A DNA stretch of 64,000 nucleotides from NCBI GenBank assembly GCA_963828165.1, contig CAWHDR010000001.1, forward strand, positions 1,216,001-1,280,000, read 5' to 3'. The notes beneath the pieces are model-generated. The model saw only the letters and a program-made list of their open reading frames with translations, was not told the DNA's origin and searched no databases. Both the position numbers and the translations under genes were made by a program. The stretch is from an uncultured Chloroflexia bacterium. Lineage in GTDB: Bacteria; Chloroflexota; Limnocylindria; Limnocylindrales; CSP1-4. Positions 9,501 through 18,429 of this stretch are shown piece by piece. Within the stretch, counting starts at the first letter, position 1. Every line of letters begins with the position of its first letter.

Positions 9501-11930
9501 ATCGACGACGCTCAGGCGGTCATCCGAGGCGGCGATGATCGTCAGGCCGTCCTCGGACGCGAGGAGGTGCGTCACCGGGTGGTCCACCGTCGCGAGCGGG
9601 ATCGGCTCGACGCCGCTGACCACCCCGTCGAGACCGATGATCGCGAGGTCGACCGTCGCGATCCCGCCGTCGTCGAAGCCGATCAGCAGCTGCTCCGCGG
9701 AGTCATCGATGGCCAGCGCCGCCGAACCCGGGGCCGCGAACGTGCTGACGGTCCGGCGCGTGCGCAGGTCATCGGTCCGGATCTCGGTGCCGGTCGCCAG
9801 GTGGAGGCGCTCACCCGCGCGCTCGCCCGACAGCGGGTCTTCCCGTCGTGGCTCGATCGTGGCCGCCGAGATCGGGGTGCCCAGATCGCCTGTCCCCGAG
9901 ACGTGGTCCTCGCCCCACAGCACGATGCCCGCGGCCATCGCGTACTTGGCGAGGTGCGGATGGGTCCACTCGTAGATGTCGTGAGACTCGCCGTAGCGCC
10001 AGTCCTGCAGGAACTCCATGGCCGTCCGGGCGTGATAGACCTCGTCGAAATGCGGCTGGTACGGCTCTTCCAGGCGAAAGGTCCGCATCCCGAGCGTCGC
10101 CAGCAGCAGGACGATCAGGATCCACGCGTCGAGGCGGTCCAGGCGCCCGCCGCCTTCCCCGCGGAGCATCCGGCTGCGGTCCGCCCGCACCGGGCGCTCC
10201 GCCAGGCGCGCCCGGACCCAGCCGACGAGGCCGCTGTCGGCGAGCGAGGCACGCATGCTCCACGTGGGCGGGGCGGGCGTCCATCCCCCGCCCACGGCGG
10301 CGGCCGCGGCGCCGGTCGCGAGGGCCGGGTCGACGCCTCGGGCGCCGCGCGGCGCGGGCCACCCGATGGCGGCGCCCACCTCGACCGAGCCCGGGCCGCT
10401 GGCGCGACCCCGTCCGCCAGCGCGACCCCGGATCCCCGCAAGGATGCCCGCGCCGGGGAGGATCGGTCGTTCCTGCATGTCGTCAACGAGCCTTCCCTCC
10501 TCCAGCTCGGCGGCGAGTCGTTTGCGGGAGCCGGCTCGCAACTGGAGCACGGTCCAGGCGAACGCGGCCGTGTGCATGATCGCCACGATCGTCACCGCCG
10601 CCTGTGACCGGAGGAACGGTCCGATCGCCAGCCAGTCGCGCACGGCGTTCTGGTCGGGGAACTTGGGCGGATAGAGCGTGGTGAGGACCACGTACATGTT
10701 GGCGAACGTCGCGACGGCCAGGACCACGTACGCCACTCGCCAGCGCGGTGAGATGGCGAAGAGGATCGCGCCCACGGCGAAGAACGGGAACCCGTAGCGC
10801 TCGTGCACGCGCGTGGGCAGGGCGAAGAACGCGAGCGCCAGGAGCGACAGCACCACGAGCAGGGTCAGGCGATCGGGATGGCGAGCGGCGACCCACAGCG
10901 CGACCACGAAGGACGCGATCAGCAGGATCGCCCCGACGGCGACTGCCGGCACGGCGCCGAAGACCGCCACGCCCGCTCCGCATTTGTCGGCCGGTAGCGA
11001 CCCGGCGTCGCAGACCCACAGGCCGGCGCTGGCGAGGCTGTTGCCCAGGTCGCCCGGCACGACTGCCCAGGCGTTGTAGGCGTTGACCGTGAGGTACGGA
11101 TATCCACCACCCGCGATGACGATCTGGTCGATCAGCCCGGAGCTGAAGAACGGCGCGGAGGCCGCTGGTTCCAGGACCGACAGGCCGAAGGGCAGGCACA
11201 GGAGGACGGCCGTCAGGAAGCCCGCCACGCCGGTCGTGAGGATGCGCAGCGGATGACCCGTCCGAGCCTCCCATGCCCGCACGCGGTCGAGGAGGCCCGC
11301 GCCCTGGACGCCGACGTCCTCGATGGGGCCGTCGGGATCGGGCTCGACCGGCCAGAGCGCCCGACGGATCGTCACGACGGCGACCAGTGGCACGAGGATG
11401 CCCAGCTGGGGCTTCACCAGCGCAGCGATGACCGTGAAGATGGCCGCGCGCTCGGGCTGGTCGCGCCACAACGAGCGCAGGGCGAGCAACACGAAGACGA
11501 CCCCGACCGAGTCGACCTGCCCCCACACGACATTGTCGAACCAGAACACCGGGTTGACGACCACGACCACGGCCCCGAGCAACGCGACTCGCTCGCGTCC
11601 CCCAAGCTCGCGGATCATCGACCAGACGAGGTACCCGATCGCCAGGTCGGCGAGGATGGGCGGGATCTTGATGAGGTCGCCGATGCCGCCGAGCGCATTG
11701 CCGACGGTTCCGACCAGCCACAGGACGTACAGGTATCCGGGCGTGTAGTCGTGGAAGAAGTCGCGCTGGTAGAAGCCGTAGAGCCCGTTGTCGGCGAGGT
11801 TGTCGGCCCAGAATCGGAATGAGCTCAGGTCGGCGTCGAACCCGGAACCGGGGAGGAGATATGCCAGAATGAGGCGGAGGGCGAGACCGAGCGCGAGGAC
11901 GATCAGGATCGCGCCAAGGGTCCCCTGCAT
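6456..11930 (-). CDS. Giant polytopic membrane protein: N-terminal GT-C mannosyltransferase-like domain fused to a PMT/GT39-like domain interrupted by a soluble beta-propeller-like insert
   Basis: DYTPGYLY, WGQVDS, VKPQ, HERY (GT-C); HFDEVYHA, EWTHPHLAK, SRIGMND, LALASKW, HPASSPWWAWP, FQYHY (PMT); start ATG 11930 or GTG 11993. Confidence 0.8.
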   Translation of the reverse strand: MQGTLGAILIVLALGLALRLILAYLLPGSGFDADLSSFRFWADNLADNGLYGFYQRDFFHDYTPGYLYVLWLVGTVGNALGGIGDLIKIPPILADLAIGYLVWSMIRELGGRERVALLGAVVVVVNPVFWFDNVVWGQVDSVGVVFVLLALRSLWRDQPERAAIFTVIAALVKPQLGILVPLVAVVTIRRALWPVEPDPDGPIEDVGVQGAGLLDRVRAWEARTGHPLRILTTGVAGFLTAVLLCLPFGLSVLEPAASAPFFSSGLIDQIVIAGGGYPYLTVNAYNAWAVVPGDLGNSLASAGLWVCDAGSLPADKCGAGVAVFGAVPAVAVGAILLIASFVVALWVAARHPDRLTLLVVLSLLALAFFALPTRVHERYGFPFFAVGAILFAISPRWRVAYVVLAVATFANMYVVLTTLYPPKFPDQNAVRDWLAIGPFLRSQAAVTIVAIMHTAAFAWTVLQLRAGSRKRLAAELEEGRLVDDMQERPILPGAGILAGIRGRAGGRGRASGPGSVEVGAAIGWPAPRGARGVDPALATGAAAAAVGGGWTPAPPTWSMRASLADSGLVGWVRARLAERPVRADRSRMLRGEGGGRLDRLDAWILIVLLLATLGMRTFRLEEPYQPHFDEVYHARTAMEFLQDWRYGESHDIYEWTHPHLAKYAMAAGIVLWGEDHVSGTGDLGTPISAATIEPRREDPLSGERAGERLHLATGTEIRTDDLRTRRTVSTFAAPGSAALAIDDSAEQLLIGFDDGGIATVDLAIIGLDGVVSGVEPIPLATVDHPVTHLLASEDGLTIIAASDDRLSVVDTATGDITGTLDLPGIAGLTTAGSGPALVATPDAIDEPAAVAAVLAEILETDAAEYETRLSDAAPGATVILGGPGDDDATRTEIDEAIADGRLAGIEVLDLSRVAVADADGITFIDPATADVSSTIGMPGGAHGLAYVTGIDDAKLYVTAGGADDPGYEVVAVGGDSAKNGPVKVGARHPLPGEGSRVVYDDATQQIHVLGRAFEPDGAVGGEADGWTVYVIEPHGNPAANAVFADAVLPADLVPAAWALDAEADYPAEDRQELHVFGTDGQMATIETGSHAFAWRLPGVIAGALMAACLYLLARILFARRLVAGLVAVFALVDGMFFVQSRIGMNDVYVGLFIVAAYTVFAAVWTGWWRWRGAFWVAMPVIGVLLGLALASKWVAAYAIGAMALLLLVRSALGRVVAILGLVAITSVLGYLAISVPEGQGLGNLPFLAMMVGLTLIAVVAAVFHPIAWTDDEMRFAVIAPAALGALLFFGTLALRRLDIPVTVGPVAVTPLLVAIIAALGSLVVYMTFRFAGGIGYGPLAGPRAADDPLRALEPPAPAPHGWLRPGWLLGLPMAWAALCLVLIPVGVYVVSYLPWAFIENHRLWDGFPAGNTGQSLVDLTGAMYGYHSGLATGHPASSPWWAWPFDLKPVWFYQDGFAGSTSAAIYDAGNLVIWWVGTVALGFVAVMAFRRRSLALALIGIAFAAQWVSWSRIDRAAFQYHYYTALPFVILALAYLVAELWHGPSRRTWLAVRLAGAAAIVAPAVLWLLSRPLCGFVGVERANPGSQACPAVIPDLVLSLRTAGLLGVVVVGAVLLGRGFLALERGGDGRERHDAETDDARATGPAADTGIRRLVITAIAVAFGMAATAFLPDVTLLTLNGIPVEPIALVVAIPLVFLAAQVIAARDARRYVIGLLAAAVGWFVVFYPNIAALPLPSTIVNAYQGLLPTYLYAFQFPVSDVARNVDTPLLSGTLAILTIAIGVTCLVVAYSASVWRLALAESRAAAGSGSGDGADGLARTEGGA

Positions 11931-12089
11931 CCCGGTCGACCGAGACGGCGCTCCCGTGCCTCGCTCGTACCCACCGGATACGGGGCCAGTCACCGGGAAA
12001 CGGCTCCTGCACGAGCGTGGAAGGTGGATCTGAGCGTAGCACAGGGCAACCCGGACGACTCCGTGTCCGGCCGGCGAACGGTCGCACGG

Positions 12090-13547
12090 ATGGATCGGCG
12101 ACTCGCCGTCGCCGTGGGGGTCCTGCTCGCCATCGTCGCGCTCGGCGTGTACCTCACGACCCAGGTCGACCGCTTCTACGATCATTTCGTCTGGCAGGCG
12201 GCCGCCTTCCTGGAAGGGCAGGCGGCCATCCGCTATCCGGTCTCGGGCTCGGCCACGAGCTTCGGCAATGCATTCTTCCAAGACGTGTTGCCGGTCACCG
12301 CGAGTGACGGCGTCCCGCGTGGGCTGATCCCCTTCCCGCCCTTGCCGGCCCTCTTCCTGGTCCCGTTCGTCGCCGCGTGGGGGCTGTCGGCCGACGACCA
12401 GACGGTCTTCACGGTGCTCGCCGCGCTCGACGTGGCGATCTGCTGGTGGATGCTCGGCGGCCTTCGCATCCAGCCCGTCGTGCGCTTGGCGACCACGCAG
12501 TTCTTCGCGTTCGGGACGGTGTTCTGGTACACGGCCCAGCTCGCGACGACCTGGTACCAGGCGCATATCGTCGCGGTCGGGCTGGCGTTGCTCGCGGTCG
12601 GGCTGGCCATCAGGGCGGACCCTGCGTCAGGGGTGGACGAGCCGGGTCTGGACGGGGCGGACGCGGCCGGCGCGGCCAGCGGACCCGAACAGGCAATCGA
12701 AGCGCACGGCTCCGACGATGGAGCTGCCCCGCGGACCGCCGGCCACCATTTCGCCGTCGACCGACGCCAGTTCGTCGTTGGCTTCTTGTTCGGGCTGGCG
12801 GCCACCGCCCGGCTGTCGGTCCTGGTCGCAGCCCCGTTGTTCATCCTCGTCGGGTCCGGCGGGAGCTGGTGGCGCCGCGGCTGGTCGGCGGGCCTCGGGG
12901 CGGCCATCCCGGTCGGCGCCCTGCTCGCCTACAACGTCGCGGTCACGGGCCAGGTCTTCCATCCTGCCTACGACCACCTCTACCAGCTCGAGGCCCGCGC
13001 CTACGTCGCCCTCGACTATCACCCGGAATGGTCCGCCGAGGATCCTCGCTATCTCGCCCAGAACCTGCGGATCATGTTCCTGTCGACCCCCGAGATCCTG
13101 CCCGAACGGCGTCGTGACACGCTCGGCACGATCGACGAGCCGCTCTGCACCGCCGCGGGTGCGCAGCGCGGCCTGTTCGATGCCGACTGCCCGCTCGCCC
13201 TGCCGCGGGACGTCGGGATGAGCGTCCTGTTGACCAGCCCGGCGTACCTGCTGATGATCCCGGCCCTGCGTCGCTATGGCCGTAACCGCCTGGTGACGGG
13301 CGCCGCGCTCGCGGTCCTGCTGGTCGTGCTGCTCGATCTCATGCACTTCAGCCAGGGCTGGGTCCAGTTCGGCTACCGCTTCAGCAACGATGCCGCGCCG
13401 TTCGCCCTGCCGCTGGTGGCCGTGGGCCTCGAGCGGCTGGCCGATGGCACCCGCCGCTGGGCGATGCCGCTCGCGATGGGCCTCATCGTCGTGTCGATCG
13501 CCGTCAACGCCTGGGGCGTGATATGGGCGACCCACCTCGGGTGGTGA
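12090..13547 (+). CDS. GT-C fold integral membrane protein (putative lipid-sugar-dependent glycosyltransferase)
   Basis: About 10 TM segments, FPPLPAL, GWVQFGYRF motifs; divergent from the giant GT-C and upstream of a GT2. Confidence 0.6.
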   Translation: MDRRLAVAVGVLLAIVALGVYLTTQVDRFYDHFVWQAAAFLEGQAAIRYPVSGSATSFGNAFFQDVLPVTASDGVPRGLIPFPPLPALFLVPFVAAWGLSADDQTVFTVLAALDVAICWWMLGGLRIQPVVRLATTQFFAFGTVFWYTAQLATTWYQAHIVAVGLALLAVGLAIRADPASGVDEPGLDGADAAGAASGPEQAIEAHGSDDGAAPRTAGHHFAVDRRQFVVGFLFGLAATARLSVLVAAPLFILVGSGGSWWRRGWSAGLGAAIPVGALLAYNVAVTGQVFHPAYDHLYQLEARAYVALDYHPEWSAEDPRYLAQNLRIMFLSTPEILPERRRDTLGTIDEPLCTAAGAQRGLFDADCPLALPRDVGMSVLLTSPAYLLMIPALRRYGRNRLVTGAALAVLLVVLLDLMHFSQGWVQFGYRFSNDAAPFALPLVAVGLERLADGTRRWAMPLAMGLIVVSIAVNAWGVIWATHLGW

Positions 13548-13622
13548 GCGCGACCCGCCGCTATGGTACGCACAGCACATCGCGCGCCAGCGACCCAACT
13601 GAGACTGGGAGCCATCACCGAC

Positions 13623-14420
13623 GTGACCGACGCGAACCTGCCGGACCCGAAGCGGGTCGCACGCCTGTCGTACTTCTTTCCGGCCCACAACGAGGAAGCC
13701 AACGTGGTGGGGCTCGTCGAAGAGGCCCTGGCGGTCCTGCCGACGCTCGCCGATACGTTCGAGATCATCGTCGTCAACGATGGGTCCCGGGACCGCACCC
13801 AGGCCATCGCTGACGACCTGACGGCCCGCCACCCTGGCGTCGTGCGCGCGGTGCATCACCCGGTGAACCGAGGCTATGGCGGCGCCCTCCGGTCCGGATT
13901 CGGCGCCGCCCGGTTCGAGCTCGTCGCCTTCACCGACGGGGATCGCCAATTCCAGGTCGTCGACCTCGGCCGCCTGACGGCACGACTCGCCGAGCCGGAC
14001 GCACCGGACGTCGTGGCCGGCTATCGCATCGCGCGAGCCGATCCGTTGATCCGGACGATCTACGCCAAGGCCTACCGATTGGCCAACCGCATCTTCTTCG
14101 GGCTGCGCGTGACCGACGTCGACTGCGCGTGCAAGCTCTTCCGGAGCAACGCGCTCGATGGCGTCCATGTGGAGTCCGAGGGGGCGTTCTTCTCCGCCGA
14201 GCTGCTGATCAAGCTGAAGGCGGCCGGCCGCTCGACCGTCGAGGTCGGGGTGCCCCACTACGCGCGGACTGCCGGGTCGCCGACGGGCGCCAAGCCAGGG
14301 GTGATCCTCCGGGCAGTGCGCGACTTCTGGCGGCTGCGGCTGTACATGTGGGTCGATCGCGACCGCGCGCTCCGACGCGGGGGCGCGATCCAGGCTCCGC
14401 CGGCGGACACCCCGGCCTAG
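13623..14420 (+). CDS. GT2 glycosyltransferase (polyprenol-phosphate-mannose synthase-like)
   Basis: FPAHNEE, VVNDGSRD, NRGYGGAL, FTDGDRQF, DVDCACKLF. Confidence 0.85.
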   Translation: MTDANLPDPKRVARLSYFFPAHNEEANVVGLVEEALAVLPTLADTFEIIVVNDGSRDRTQAIADDLTARHPGVVRAVHHPVNRGYGGALRSGFGAARFELVAFTDGDRQFQVVDLGRLTARLAEPDAPDVVAGYRIARADPLIRTIYAKAYRLANRIFFGLRVTDVDCACKLFRSNALDGVHVESEGAFFSAELLIKLKAAGRSTVEVGVPHYARTAGSPTGAKPGVILRAVRDFWRLRLYMWVDRDRALRRGGAIQAPPADTPA

Positions 14421-14443
14421 CGCCTCCGCGTCAGATCCCCGGA

Positions 14444-14995
14444 TCAGCTTCCGCGGCCCTCCTGCTCCTGGTCGACGTCGAGCGAATTCACGAAATCGCG
14501 GAACACGTCGAGCCGGGGGTCGACGACCCCTCCCTCTCCGGTCGACTCGATCGGCTCGCCATCTTCGTCAACGCCCAGTCCCCCTTCCGCGCCGAGGCCG
14601 GCCAGGTCCAGCACCGACGGAACCGCGAAGATCGGCGCACCGACCCGGACCGCCAGCGCGAGCGCGTCCGACGGCCGCGCGTCGATCTCGCCGAGCTTGC
14701 CATCCCGCTCCACGAACAGGCGGGCGTGGTACGTCTCATCGACCATGTCCGAGATGACGACGCGCGCCACCGTCGCATCCAGCGCCTCGAGCGTGCTCGC
14801 GAACAGGTCGTGCGTGAGTGGCCGCTCCGGCGTCAGGCCCTGGAGTCGCATCGCGATCGAGCTCGCCTCCCACGGCCCGATCCAGATCGGGAGGTAGCGC
14901 TCGCGCCCGGTCTCCTTGAGGATCACGACGTGGCGACTCGAGAGCATGTGGACGCGCACGCTCTCGACGACCATCTCGATCAGCCCGTCGTCCAT
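14444..14995 (-). CDS. Bifunctional nuclease family protein (DUF151)
   Basis: LPIWIGPWEA, RPLTHDL, IDARPSDALALA. Confidence 0.9.
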   Translation of the reverse strand: MDDGLIEMVVESVRVHMLSSRHVVILKETGRERYLPIWIGPWEASSIAMRLQGLTPERPLTHDLFASTLEALDATVARVVISDMVDETYHARLFVERDGKLGEIDARPSDALALAVRVGAPIFAVPSVLDLAGLGAEGGLGVDEDGEPIESTGEGGVVDPRLDVFRDFVNSLDVDQEQEGRGS

Positions 14996-15002
14996 ATGCC
15001 GA

Positions 15003-15725
15003 TTATCCCACGGCCGCCGGGACGGCCGGCCCGCGGCGCCGCCCGACGGCGTTCAGGACGAGTCCGACGACGGCCCCGAACACGAACCCACCGATGTGGG
15101 CGAAGAAGGCGACTCCGCCGCCGGCCGTGTCGGTGACACCGAGCGACGCCAGTCCGTCGATGAGCTGGAGGACGAACCAGAACACGAGCACGATGACCGC
15201 CGGGACGTCGATGAGCTGGTAGAAGAAGCCCAGGAACACGAGCGAGGTGATGCGCGCTCGCGGGAACAGCACCAGATACGCCCCGAGCGTGGCCGCGATC
15301 GCCCCCGAAGCCCCGATCGTCGGGATCGTCGATCCCGGGTCGATCGCGACCTGCGTCAGCCCCGCGACCGCGCCGCCCACCAGGTAGAAGAGCAGGAATC
15401 GAAGGCGGCCCAGCCGGTCCTCCACGTTGTTGCCGAAGATCCACAGGAAGAGCAGGTTCCCGAGGAGGTGCAGCCAGCCGCCGTGCAGGAATTGGCTGGT
15501 GATCAAGGTCAGAGCCTCGATCGTCAGGCCCGGCCCCGAGGGCCACGCTGCGGTGAGCTCCGCGGGCACGATCCCCCATTCCGTCACGAATGCGTCCAGC
15601 GCCCCGGTTCCGCCGCTCGCGAGCCGACCTAGTTCGAACGCGAATGCCACGAAACAGGCGATGATCAGCCCGACCGTGATGATCGGCGCGTGGCGCGTCG
15701 GATTCGCGTCGCGAAGCGGGATCAC
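15003..15725 (-). CDS. Rhomboid family intramembrane serine protease
   Basis: FLHGGWLHLLGN, GASGA (catalytic Ser), AHIGG (catalytic His). Confidence 0.93.
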   Translation of the reverse strand: MIPLRDANPTRHAPIITVGLIIACFVAFAFELGRLASGGTGALDAFVTEWGIVPAELTAAWPSGPGLTIEALTLITSQFLHGGWLHLLGNLLFLWIFGNNVEDRLGRLRFLLFYLVGGAVAGLTQVAIDPGSTIPTIGASGAIAATLGAYLVLFPRARITSLVFLGFFYQLIDVPAVIVLVFWFVLQLIDGLASLGVTDTAGGGVAFFAHIGGFVFGAVVGLVLNAVGRRRGPAVPAAVG

Positions 15726-15744
15726 CGGCGGTCCCCGCCGTTAC

Positions 15745-18006
15745 TCAGGGCGTCGTCGAAGGGGCGGTCGACGGTTCCTCGGAGGCGCTCGACCCAGGGC
15801 CGGGCGAGCCCGAGGGGGTAGCCTCGTCGGTGATCGGTTCCAGGAACGCCTTGTTGAAGGACGTGGGCGATACCCAGTACACCGCTGGCGGCCCTTCCTC
15901 GACCCCCGGCAGCACGTACATGCCGCGCATGTCCTCCCAGCCCTCGGCCCCGTCGGCGAGGCGGTATTGCGCCAGGTAGTTGCCGCTGGCCTTGTCGTAT
16001 TCGACGAGGCGGGAGTGCTCCCGGTCGTAGGTGAAGACGGTGCCTTCGCGCCGGTCGCCCTGCCCGGTGACCAGGGATGCGTTGGGCTGCTCGCGCAACA
16101 TCGCGTCGGGCAGCTCCTTCGGCTCCCACCCGTCGCTCTTGCCGGAGGCGAACCGCTCGAGCACGCCCCCCTCGACGACGAACATGTCGCCGTCGATATA
16201 GATGGCGCTCATCTGACTGACGTCGCGAGCCGTCGCCAGCCAACCGGTGGCCTTGGCCGGGAAGCCGCTGCCGTCGAGGGCCGCGAAATAGACCCGGATC
16301 TGCTGCTCCGACGGATCGACGACGTACAGGTTGGCGAGGCCACGGTCCACGTCCCGGAGATACGTCCCGATCGCCGTGATGTCATCGCCCCACTGCGTGG
16401 AGCCGTTGACGTTGACCTTGTTGAGCCTGCCCTTGCCGGCGTCGTTCGACGCCCGCCAGCGCCAGAGGACGTTCTTGGCATCGAGGATCAGCAGGTCCCG
16501 CCCACCGACGGCCAGGAAGCGCGGGGTGGCGAGCGTCGTGCTCCCCGATTTGGCCCCCTCGCGAAACACGGCCGTTGCCCGCTTTCGCTTGAGGTCGACC
16601 CGGAAGACCGCTCCCGTGGCTCCGTCGATGACGTAGGGGGCGCCGTCCGGGCCCCGTACGAGCGCCTTGATGTCGTAGGCGGGCTTGCCCTCTGCGGGCT
16701 TGAAGTTGAACATCGTGGACGATTCGACATCCACCACGCCGTAGAGCCGGTCCAGCCCGGCGACGACCTCAGCGCGGATCGGGTCGATGACCCGGGCGCT
16801 GACCCGCGCATCCTCCGCATTGTCGAGCTCGGTGTAGGCGGCGGTCAGCAGGTCGAGGGCCTGCTCCGGATCGTCGGCGACAAGATCGATCCCGCCGGGG
16901 CCCGACACCTTCGCGAGGTTCGCTTTCGCGACGTCGAGCGCCGCCTGCCCGGCGTTGACCGAGCTGATGGCACGCTGCTGACCCTGGCCTCCGAAGGCGT
17001 ACACGCCGAGCCCCAGCCCGCCGACCACCATGACCAGGGCCAGGACCGCGAGCGCGGCCCGGCGCTGTGTCTCCCGTCGCGATGCCAGCGGCGTCACCCG
17101 ACGGTAGGCCGGCTTTCGTTGGGGCATGAAGTCGTGGGCGCGCGCGATGAGCCGCTCGAAGGCGCTGCCCGCCGCCACCCGGGCGGTGCCGGCCGCCGCC
17201 GACATCGCGGCGCTGGCGGCCTGGACGTTGTCGGCGAGCGGGATCGGCGAGCGGTCGGGCGCGCCGGCGAGCGGCTCGGCCGGGCGGACCGGGACCAGCG
17301 TCCGGCCGCGGGTCGTGGGCGCGACCTCGGTGGCTTCGAAGGCGATCGCCCCATCCGAGCCGGACCCGTCGGCAGCGCGGAACCGAGCGTGAAGATGCTC
17401 CATCGCCGATTGCGGGTGGAGGGTCAGCATCGCGTCCTTGAGCTCGTCCGCCCCGAGACGGGCGACGATGTTCGGCGAGGTCAGCACGAGCGAATCGCCG
17501 ACCGCGATCTCGCCGCGCCAGACGTCGGGCTCCAGCCCGTCCGACGGCAGGCCGCGTTCGCGGTGGGGGTCCGGCAGGGTCGAGAGGCGAGCCTGGCGGA
17601 TCAGGTAGGCCTCCGCCGGCCCGACCGTCGCCACGTACATCTCGTTGCCGCGGACCACGGCCACGCCCACCCCGATCGGTCCGTTGCCGTCGGCCGACTT
17701 GAGCCCCAGTCGGTCGGCCTGGTGGATCAGCCGCTTGTTGGCGGTGGCGATCGCCTTCTTCAGGCAAACGCGGATCCCGGCCGACTCGTCGTAGTAGTAC
17801 TCGTTGCGGATGGTCTCGGCGGCCAGTCGCGTGGCTTCGAGCGCATGGCGCGAGCTGACCCGCGAGGTGACGAGGAGGTACAGGTGGCCCTTCGAGCGCG
17901 CGACGGAACCGACGCTCGGCTCGACCACCAGGAGGGTGTCGGGCGAGTCGTCGAGGCGGTCGTGCTCGGCGACGAGGCCGAGCTTCAGTTGGAGTCGGGC
18001 GGCCAT
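15745..18006 (-). CDS. Membrane protein with N-terminal degenerate PP2C-like domain, TM helix and C-terminal beta-propeller-like domain
   Basis: YVATVGPAEAYLIR and GDSLVLTS resemble the PP2C fold; TM AALAVLALVMVVGGLGLGV; repeated YVID/YVVD blades. Confidence 0.65.
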   Translation of the reverse strand: MAARLQLKLGLVAEHDRLDDSPDTLLVVEPSVGSVARSKGHLYLLVTSRVSSRHALEATRLAAETIRNEYYYDESAGIRVCLKKAIATANKRLIHQADRLGLKSADGNGPIGVGVAVVRGNEMYVATVGPAEAYLIRQARLSTLPDPHRERGLPSDGLEPDVWRGEIAVGDSLVLTSPNIVARLGADELKDAMLTLHPQSAMEHLHARFRAADGSGSDGAIAFEATEVAPTTRGRTLVPVRPAEPLAGAPDRSPIPLADNVQAASAAMSAAAGTARVAAGSAFERLIARAHDFMPQRKPAYRRVTPLASRRETQRRAALAVLALVMVVGGLGLGVYAFGGQGQQRAISSVNAGQAALDVAKANLAKVSGPGGIDLVADDPEQALDLLTAAYTELDNAEDARVSARVIDPIRAEVVAGLDRLYGVVDVESSTMFNFKPAEGKPAYDIKALVRGPDGAPYVIDGATGAVFRVDLKRKRATAVFREGAKSGSTTLATPRFLAVGGRDLLILDAKNVLWRWRASNDAGKGRLNKVNVNGSTQWGDDITAIGTYLRDVDRGLANLYVVDPSEQQIRVYFAALDGSGFPAKATGWLATARDVSQMSAIYIDGDMFVVEGGVLERFASGKSDGWEPKELPDAMLREQPNASLVTGQGDRREGTVFTYDREHSRLVEYDKASGNYLAQYRLADGAEGWEDMRGMYVLPGVEEGPPAVYWVSPTSFNKAFLEPITDEATPSGSPGPGSSASEEPSTAPSTTP

Positions 18007-18096
18007 GCGGGCCTCTCGTACTTCAAGGTCGGGCGACGGGACGATCCTGGCCGGATCGGCTGACTTTCGCCCCGAGATGGCTGGCAGGTCCGGGGA

Positions 18097-18429
18097 TTAT
18101 ACGCGGGGACCTCCTGAGCGGACGTGGACTCGCAACTCGTGGACCCCTACGCCGCCGGGAGCCGCCGCAAAGGCCGAAATGAGCTCCGCGGCACGCATCC
18201 GGAGCTCCTGGGCCACGATCGGCGCGTCGGCCTCGACGTCGATGGCGAATCCTTCCAGCCTGACGACCCGGCACGCTCCGGCGGCGGCCGGGACGCGCTC
18301 CGCGACCAGCGCCTCGAACGTGGCGATGGCCCGCGCGAGCCGCAGCTCCTCCTCGAGCCCGAGTGCCCGGGCGGCATCCGGGATGAGGTCGCCGAGGCGA
18401 CGCATCGGCCGGCGACGGGGCGTGGTCAT
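18097..18429 (-). CDS. dciA: DciA/DUF721 family protein
   Basis: Follows recF with ATGA overlap; RRLGDLI...AQELRMR pattern. Confidence 0.7.
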   Translation of the reverse strand: MTTPRRRPMRRLGDLIPDAARALGLEEELRLARAIATFEALVAERVPAAAGACRVVRLEGFAIDVEADAPIVAQELRMRAAELISAFAAAPGGVGVHELRVHVRSGGPRV

